Shown here piece after piece: positions 58,496 to 64,000 of a stretch of DNA of 64,000 nt (position 1 is the stretch's first letter; each line of letters starts with the position of its first letter). The stretch lies in IMG/VR virus record IMGVR_UViG_3300046786_000128, positions 1 to 64,000 of that record. One strand, written 5' to 3'. Made by a program: the position numbers and the translations under genes. The notes beneath the pieces were generated by a model. It had not been told where the DNA came from. It was given only the letters and a program-made list of their open reading frames with translations, and did not search any database. This stretch comes from a virus (Duplodnaviria > Caudoviricetes).

Positions 58496-58885
58496 TTAAT
58501 ATTTAATAAATGAACCATTTTCTCCGTCTTCGGAGACCTCAATCCAAACCTCACGGTCGGGATACTTTTGTGAAATAATGCCATGTAAATCATCTGACAT
58601 CATCTCGCAACTCTTAAAATCTAAACTTAGTGTAGCATCTTTGTATAAGTTTTCCAACCATCGTTTAAATTGAATAAACTCAATATCTCTATCATTATGT
58701 GTTACAGAAATCCAAACACGGAAATGAAAGATGTGTCGATGTGGATGTCCTAAGAAACTAACATCATATTCGTCACCTGTAGCTAGTGAAGGGTCTGTTA
58801 ATGCCGCTGGATATTTGTGCATACCCTCCTTACGAAATGTAACCCAAATCATTTTGTTAGGGCGGATGTCTTGCTTAATAATCAT
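58496..58885 (-). CDS. T-fold QueD-like protein, DpdL-type candidate
   Basis: EGMHKY, LGHPHRHIF, DRDIEFI, SCEMM, VSEDGENG; likely start 58885; lacks the N-terminal FxxxH...C pattern of classic QueD. Confidence 0.7.
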   Translation of the reverse strand: MIIKQDIRPNKMIWVTFRKEGMHKYPAALTDPSLATGDEYDVSFLGHPHRHIFHFRVWISVTHNDRDIEFIQFKRWLENLYKDATLSLDFKSCEMMSDDLHGIISQKYPDREVWIEVSEDGENGSFIKY

Positions 58886-59109
58886 ACTGATAGTAATCCT
58901 TTGCACAATTCGCCAATCTCTTCTTTAGTGAGATGGAAATTGTATGTACTGGTAAAGTCTACTTCACCGTCTTTATTTAGGCATTCTTGTATAAAGTCTA
59001 CATTATGTAGGCCCTTAGGACTTGTTACTTCCCAAGAACGTACTCTCATTCTAAATGCTTTGTCTTCTTTAACGACAAACTCGTTAACTGTTAAACTGTC
59101 GTGCATCAT
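58882..59109 (-). CDS. Small hypothetical protein
   Basis: 75 aa; ATGA overlaps. Confidence 0.55.
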   Translation of the reverse strand: MMHDSLTVNEFVVKEDKAFRMRVRSWEVTSPKGLHNVDFIQECLNKDGEVDFTSTYNFHLTKEEIGELCKGLLSV

Positions 59110-59381
59110 GTTTTTAAATTCTCCATGGTAATAATTTTACCAATCTCTGCACCGAGATCTTTGTCGTCGGTAATAACATACAAACCAGTTTGATGACGAT
59201 CGGATCGTCTATCGTATGCAGAAGTCTCAATAACAGTTCCGCCACTTGCTTTATATACTTTTAAATTAAATCCATATGATTCAATTGATGTATCTCTTGT
59301 TGCCTTCAATGAGGGCATTTCTAGCTTATGGTGATCATCATTCATTGCCCATCGAACAATTATTTTCTTTAACCAATTCAT
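59106..59381 (-). CDS. Small hypothetical protein
   Basis: 91 aa; ATGA overlaps. Confidence 0.55.
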   Translation of the reverse strand: MNWLKKIIVRWAMNDDHHKLEMPSLKATRDTSIESYGFNLKVYKASGGTVIETSAYDRRSDRHQTGLYVITDDKDLGAEIGKIITMENLKT

Positions 59382-59893
59382 TTTAGTATCTCATCATTTT
59401 TATACTTTGCCCAGTCTGTGAACTTACTACGATCCATAAGTGAGTGGAGACTGTGGGACCACACACCTGGATTTGTTGCATTAAAATCTTTATCATCGAT
59501 TTTAATCATTGTATTATAATTCCATAACTTTGTATATGGAATAGGCACTCGAATCTGTGGAATAAAATTATTGTATTCGTTTAACGGACCTTCGTTAAAT
59601 TCTTCAACGCATTGAATTGGAATATCTAGCGAACATAGATAATCCATCTTTAAATAATGCTCAATCATATTCTCCCACGCTTTCCACTCGTCAGCAGCTT
59701 TTGGATCAAAGCTATGATTAGCACCAAAGAAAATATGCTGTCCCACATGTTTCAAACGCATGGTAATTTGATCAGTTGGTTGTACACCTGTAACAAACAA
59801 TGTGTGCATACCAAATGCAGGAGTATGTTCTACCTCAATACCTTCAAAGAATACAGCATCATCGGCCGAGCCGGAATTATAATCACGTTTCAT
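59378..59893 (-). CDS. Hypothetical protein in the deazaguanine region
   Basis: 171 aa with enzyme-like conserved-looking motifs (EVEHTP, HIFFGANHSF, DDKDFNATNPGVWSH). Confidence 0.6.
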   Translation of the reverse strand: MKRDYNSGSADDAVFFEGIEVEHTPAFGMHTLFVTGVQPTDQITMRLKHVGQHIFFGANHSFDPKAADEWKAWENMIEHYLKMDYLCSLDIPIQCVEEFNEGPLNEYNNFIPQIRVPIPYTKLWNYNTMIKIDDKDFNATNPGVWSHSLHSLMDRSKFTDWAKYKNDEILK

Positions 59894-60048
59894 TTAAACC
59901 AACTTTTAATAGACTGCATTAAATTATAAAATCTAGTTTTGTAAGAGTCATCCATGATTTCGTCAAATAACGATTTGTGATTAGGACAACGACCTTGCCT
60001 ATAATCGCAATCTGGCGAGTACTCTTTACCGCAGGTTTTACAATTCAT
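59890..60048 (-). CDS. 52 aa Cys-rich protein, possible zinc finger (below ORF-track cutoff)
   Basis: Manual translation MNCKTCGKEYSPDCDYRQGRCPNHKSLF...SWFK; ATGA overlaps at both ends. Confidence 0.7.
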   Translation of the reverse strand: MNCKTCGKEYSPDCDYRQGRCPNHKSLFDEIMDDSYKTRFYNLMQSIKSWFK

Positions 60049-60497
60049 AGTTCTAATCCGTTTTGTTTAGCATACTGTGCATTGACTGCTTCTCGTTCTA
60101 CAAGATGGAAATCACATAATGACTTAACCCATCCACCGCTAGTTCTTTTTCCAACATTACCACACTCTTCGCAACTATGATTAGCCCAAGATTCAGCAAC
60201 ACGAACCATACCGTAGATTGTATCGTCACCACCTTGATAATAAAATCGAAGTCCGCCGAACTTTTCTTTAATCTGTTCTACAACAACCTGTGGAACGGGC
60301 TTATGTTGATCGGGATATTGTTTTGCAAGTCCATTTCGATGATTGAGATGAGACTGAATGTTATCGCACAGGCTTTCGATGATTGGCCACCAACCAACAC
60401 CAACACATACTCCGCCATATTGTCCAGAAAACATTTCTGGATATTTCTGATGAAGTTTATTTACAAAAACATCGTAGTCGTGTTCAGTTGTTACCAT
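60045..60497 (-). CDS. Hypothetical protein with CxxC
   Basis: GWWPII, QIKEKFGGLRFY, SCEECG...SLCDFH. Confidence 0.65.
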   Translation of the reverse strand: MVTTEHDYDVFVNKLHQKYPEMFSGQYGGVCVGVGWWPIIESLCDNIQSHLNHRNGLAKQYPDQHKPVPQVVVEQIKEKFGGLRFYYQGGDDTIYGMVRVAESWANHSCEECGNVGKRTSGGWVKSLCDFHLVEREAVNAQYAKQNGLEL

Positions 60498-60679
60498 GAG
60501 CTTGTATCCGTGTTATCAACTTCAACATCTTTACCAAAAATTTGAAACTTGACTGTGTAAGTAGGACCAATACCGGATTTATCATCGACATGAATATTAA
60601 ATTCCGGTACGTCCTTAAATCTCTCAGCAAATTCGTATAATGTTCTAATCTGTGTTTGTGTAAGTGTAAATTGTGACAT
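60491..60679 (-). CDS. Small hypothetical protein
   Basis: 62 aa ORF. Confidence 0.55.
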   Translation of the reverse strand: MSQFTLTQTQIRTLYEFAERFKDVPEFNIHVDDKSGIGPTYTVKFQIFGKDVEVDNTDTSSW

Positions 60680-60680
60680 T

Positions 60681-60860
60681 TTATTTTAGTTCTGCTTGCT
60701 TGTGTTTAAGTTTAACAATTTCGTCCTTTAAATGCAACCTTTGTTTCTTCAAATCTTCAAGTTTTAGATCTTCAAAAAGTCCATTCTTTTCTAAATTATC
60801 AATTTGCTTGTCCAAAACACGATGTGCTTCTTCTAAATGCTTGATTCGATTTTCGTACAT
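60681..60860 (-). CDS. 59 aa DUF465/YdcH-like coiled-coil protein (below ORF-track cutoff)
   Basis: Manual translation MYENRIKHLEEAHRVLDKQI...LKKQRLHLKDEIVKL; GGAG RBS. Confidence 0.75.
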   Translation of the reverse strand: MYENRIKHLEEAHRVLDKQIDNLEKNGLFEDLKLEDLKKQRLHLKDEIVKLKHKQAELK

Positions 60861-60862
60861 AC

Positions 60863-62497
60863 TTACTCCTGTCCAATATTTTCTTCTAATGAACGCAAGT
60901 CGTCATCGTCTTGTTGATCGAACAATGGTACACCGTCAGGACCGTATACAATCGGTTTTGTGTCTTCGATAGTAAACAAGTTGTTAAACTCGTTGTCAGC
61001 AGGACCGCCTTGTAGTCGAGCACCTTCTAAACTCTTCAGAAAACCTTTTGCACTATCAATCATTGCAAATGCTTCTTCTTTAGTTTTAGTTTCAAACAAT
61101 TCTTCGATAAATTGACCAAAGTAAAGAATCTTGTTAGGAACCCAATCGCTATATTCTTTTTCTTTCTTACCTTCGATACCGATTAATCTCCAGTCAGGCT
61201 TAAATCTAGCACATTCGACATCCATCAATTGCTGAGCACGTTGAACAGCTTTAATATGACATTCGACATTATGACCCATCATCAAAGCATAAGCAAAACT
61301 ATCCCAACTTGTTCTGTTTGGAATTTTATCTAGTTTGTTTTTCTTAGGAACAACATGATAATGTGCTGGATTCAAATGGTCAAACTTAGCACCATTTAAT
61401 TCTTCGTCAGTCTTACGTTTGCCTAAATCATAATAAGCAATATCACCCATTGTTAGTCTACTAGCAAACTCGGATTCAAACGGATATGGAATATCGCTGC
61501 CTGCAAGTGCTTTGTTATCAGGAGCCTTGTCCATAATAACACTCCAACGCTTGTTGGTATGTTGTGCATTTGTATAGACAAGTCCGTGAGCAGTAGCAAT
61601 GAACGGTGACGCACAATCAAAGCTAATTGTAAGATTAGGATTAATATGTTTACGTAGTTGACGTTGGATTTGTGTTAGATAACAACTCCAGTCAAGTTGT
61701 GCAGTACCCAAGAAGTGAATCCAATCTTTGCCTTTAAGCATACCATCTTCACGCATAGTCATTAATCTCTTTAGCGTGATAGGCATCTTGCACATATTTG
61801 CGCCACCAAAGGCCCAACCTTCTGCGGCATTATCGCCCCATATTTCTGTATCGCTAAATTCTTTAACACCGTTGTACCACTTCTCAGCAGTATCCCAGTT
61901 ACTACCTTGTAGAACATTTAAGAACTTTGTAGCTTTGCCATCACGATTCTCTAAGAAGAACTTGTTATTAAACTTAGTCTTATCTAAACAATCGTCAAAG
62001 TCTTTCAATCCAGTCTTAGGTGCATGAATATGATCACAAGCCCATGTTGGAACGTCAAGCATCATTGACCAATCTGCTGTAAGTTCAAGCCAACGCAGAA
62101 TATCCAAGCGTGTTTTATTTGCACTAGGACCATCGAAGTTTAACCAATCAAACTTAAGAACACCTTTACCAATCTGATATCCACCGGAGTCGCCAACAAT
62201 AACAGTATTGTCTCTGTCACGTTGTTGAATCATTGATTCTTGAATAACACTCTTTTCAAGATTAAGTTGTGCGTGTCCTGCTGAGTACAAACCATACTTG
62301 TAAGTGAAGTATCCGGCTTCTGGATTCAGGAAGTTCATGCCTTCAATACCGCGATCGAATCCTGCAGGAATACGTTCGTTAGGAACAAATTCTTCTAGTC
62401 GTTGTTTTGCTATGTATGTGCTATAAAAAGAACTGATAGCAGGCAAATATACTGCATAGTCCTTTTGTAATGGGGTTAAGTTAACTTGTCGTGTCAT
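60863..62497 (-). CDS. dpdA: TGT-family base-exchange enzyme, DNA 7-deazaguanine transglycosylase (DpdA-like)
   Basis: GDSGGYQ, MMLDVP, NVLQG, GWAFGG, HFLG and SFDCAS motifs; no C-terminal CxCxxC zinc site of tRNA TGT; QueE/FolE nearby. Confidence 0.8.
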   Translation of the reverse strand: MTRQVNLTPLQKDYAVYLPAISSFYSTYIAKQRLEEFVPNERIPAGFDRGIEGMNFLNPEAGYFTYKYGLYSAGHAQLNLEKSVIQESMIQQRDRDNTVIVGDSGGYQIGKGVLKFDWLNFDGPSANKTRLDILRWLELTADWSMMLDVPTWACDHIHAPKTGLKDFDDCLDKTKFNNKFFLENRDGKATKFLNVLQGSNWDTAEKWYNGVKEFSDTEIWGDNAAEGWAFGGANMCKMPITLKRLMTMREDGMLKGKDWIHFLGTAQLDWSCYLTQIQRQLRKHINPNLTISFDCASPFIATAHGLVYTNAQHTNKRWSVIMDKAPDNKALAGSDIPYPFESEFASRLTMGDIAYYDLGKRKTDEELNGAKFDHLNPAHYHVVPKKNKLDKIPNRTSWDSFAYALMMGHNVECHIKAVQRAQQLMDVECARFKPDWRLIGIEGKKEKEYSDWVPNKILYFGQFIEELFETKTKEEAFAMIDSAKGFLKSLEGARLQGGPADNEFNNLFTIEDTKPIVYGPDGVPLFDQQDDDDLRSLEENIGQE

Positions 62498-62852
62498 ATT
62501 CTCTCGCTAGTTTTGCTGTAATGTCCAGCTGACGTTTTGCCTTTTCTAAATTTTCTAGTGCTATTTTAACTGCTTCGTTTTCTTGTGCTAAAGATGCCCA
62601 AGCTAATTCTTCATCACGCTTCTTACGTGCCCAATCGAGCAAGGACTCTGCTTCACTATTTAGGCCTACTGACGCAGAGCCTAAATTAAGTTGAACCCAG
62701 CCGGAGCCGTCAAACACTTCCATACGTTGATTGGTAGTGTTGTATCGCATATTGCCAACACCCTGTGATCCAGAATAACCGTTCACATAAGTGCTGGCTG
62801 TGCCTCCCGAAACCTGGACATAACGTCCTGCAGGATATACGCTACCGATCAT
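62481..62852 (-). CDS. Hypothetical protein
   Basis: 123 aa; GNMRYNTTNQRMEVFDGSGW followed by a coiled coil. Confidence 0.6.
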   Translation of the reverse strand: MIGSVYPAGRYVQVSGGTASTYVNGYSGSQGVGNMRYNTTNQRMEVFDGSGWVQLNLGSASVGLNSEAESLLDWARKKRDEELAWASLAQENEAVKIALENLEKAKRQLDITAKLAREYDTTS

Positions 62853-62854
62853 TA

Positions 62855-63589
62855 TTAAGCCTGTGCTGGAATGATGTACTTGTAAGTTGCCAATCCGCTA
62901 TCAATAGTAATTTGAATAGCACCTTCGTTTGACAAGCTCATTTTAACAGTGCCAACATCTGCAATTTTAAGAATACTTAAAATTTGCAATACAGGCCATG
63001 TCCATCCGCGATCTAACTTACCAACAACATCAGTTGCAAAAATAAACTCGCCGCCGTGTGTATTAGCATCACCGAAGATAAACTTTAAGTTAGTACCATC
63101 AGTCTTTGCTAAGAAAGTTGGATGTTCATTATTAGCACCTGCCTGGAAAGCAAAGCGTTGAACAGCAGCAACAGTTGGGGAAATTTCTACGTCCCACTTT
63201 ACTCCGCGGAATTTAACAGTTTTCATCTTTTCATTGATGATATCAGAATTCATAAATCCATAGTCGTTCTTGAAGTCACCTGCGGTGTTTTCAAAGTGTA
63301 GACCTGTTGGAATAGTTTCTCCGTTACGTTCTGCAAACTTAACATTAATCTTAGCGTCAGTTTGATATTCGCTACCATCTAACAAATATTTCAATTTGTT
63401 TAATTGTGGCATGCCGAATGTTCCAATCATGTCTGGATATGGAGCAGCAGTTTCTGCTTCCATAATAACACTACGATCATCTGCCATAGAATTGATTGTA
63501 GTTTTTTCTTCTGTGCCTGTAACTTTAACTGTAGTTAGGAAGCCTAGGTTTTGTGTGTGACTTACGATATCTTGTAAGATGTCTTTCAT
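62855..63589 (-). CDS. gp45: DNA polymerase sliding clamp, gp45-like
   Basis: 244 aa two-domain clamp-sized protein directly after the DNA polymerase; C-terminal KYIIP; fold is inferred. Confidence 0.65.
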   Translation of the reverse strand: MKDILQDIVSHTQNLGFLTTVKVTGTEEKTTINSMADDRSVIMEAETAAPYPDMIGTFGMPQLNKLKYLLDGSEYQTDAKINVKFAERNGETIPTGLHFENTAGDFKNDYGFMNSDIINEKMKTVKFRGVKWDVEISPTVAAVQRFAFQAGANNEHPTFLAKTDGTNLKFIFGDANTHGGEFIFATDVVGKLDRGWTWPVLQILSILKIADVGTVKMSLSNEGAIQITIDSGLATYKYIIPAQA

Positions 63590-63614
63590 TTAGAGTTTCT
63601 CCATGTATGTTAAT

Positions 63615-63643
63615 ATTATATTTAGATCGTGGTTAAATTGCAA
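63615..63643 (-). promoter_or_regulatory. Sigma70-like promoter with nested TAAATA upstream of the clamp gene
   Basis: TTGCAA-17 nt-TATAAT on the minus strand; TAAATA at 63624-63619. Confidence 0.65.
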
Positions 63644-63650
63644 CAACAAT

Positions 63651-64000
63651 TTATTCAAAATCAAATAATTTTCCGAATGTATTATCATTCCTTGTTGAAC
63701 TGATATCCCAGTCCAACACTCCGATTAAGTTTTCGAGTTTTTCGTCGATAACTGTAGTTTCCATTAGCGCATGATCGAATGGTAAATCTTTAAACCATTG
63801 CGGTAAACGCAACTCGTCTACAGGATATGCCACTGACGTATATGCCATTGGGTTATCTTTGAGTTTACAAACAATAACTTTTGCACCGTCTGTAATACTC
63901 ATTGAATATTTGTCATCCATCATACGCTTCAAAGTATTCCAGTTTAGCGATGCACGAACGTGTCCGGGCATATTTGCTTTACCAGCTTTCTTTTCTTTAC
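63651..64000 (-). CDS. gp43: C-terminal part of a family B DNA polymerase (gp43-like); 5' part outside the window
   Basis: Frame open to base 64000 (KEKKAGKANMPGHVRAS); GAKVIVCKLK; C-terminal FGKLFDFE clamp-binding-like motif. Confidence 0.8.
   Translation of the reverse strand, partial: KEKKAGKANMPGHVRASLNWNTLKRMMDDKYSMSITDGAKVIVCKLKDNPMAYTSVAYPVDELRLPQWFKDLPFDHALMETTVIDEKLENLIGVLDWDISSTRNDNTFGKLFDFE

Noticed and set aside
60863-62497. tRNA-guanine transglycosylase (tgt) for queuosine
   Set aside because: Lacks the zinc-binding CxCxxC...H site, is much longer than bacterial Tgt, and sits among DNA replication genes. Not formally excluded.
1-64000. CRISPR array, tRNA genes, integrase or transposase
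   Set aside because: No regularly spaced repeats, cloverleaf with T-loop consensus, or recombinase/transposase motifs were recognised by eye; a tRNAscan/CRISPR scan would be needed to be certain.

Overview
64 kb slice of an AT-rich, T4-superfamily (probably jumbo) myovirus genome in the standard genetic code, organised as three strand blocks. (1) Minus strand, 1-6702: a truncated Ala/Gly-rich putative internal head protein, a ~500 nt ORF-free and highly structured region that looks like a large ncRNA, a GIY-YIG nuclease, an Hc1-like basic protein, gp46/gp47 (Rad50/Mre11) and a gp55-like late sigma factor. (2) Plus strand, 6766-47873: a late operon with the contractile-tail baseplate (tube initiator, gp53, hub, gp5-like spike without lysozyme, gp25, gp6, and a 4561 aa wedge/adhesin protein), four paralogous fibre proteins, then four GT-A glycosyltransferase-like genes, two radical SAM enzymes and an SGNH protein. 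(3) Minus strand, 47868-64000: small hypotheticals, RNase H, a 7-deazaguanine DNA-modification region (QueE, FolE, a QueD/DpdL-type T-fold protein, DpdA/TGT-like transglycosylase) interleaved with a GT-B glycosyltransferase, PRTase, cupin, two SGNH proteins and dCMP deaminase, then the sliding clamp and the 3' end of a family B DNA polymerase. A TAAATA box precedes many genes; in three places it overlaps a hairpin that hides the RBS or start codon. The best candidates for undescribed biology are the large RNA fused to the GIY-YIG gene, a possibly glycosylated 7-deazaguanine base, and a late-expressed glycosylation/radical SAM operon next to the fibres. All family calls come from motif recognition by eye; no database search or folding program was run. 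No tRNA, CRISPR array, integrase or reverse transcriptase was recognised.
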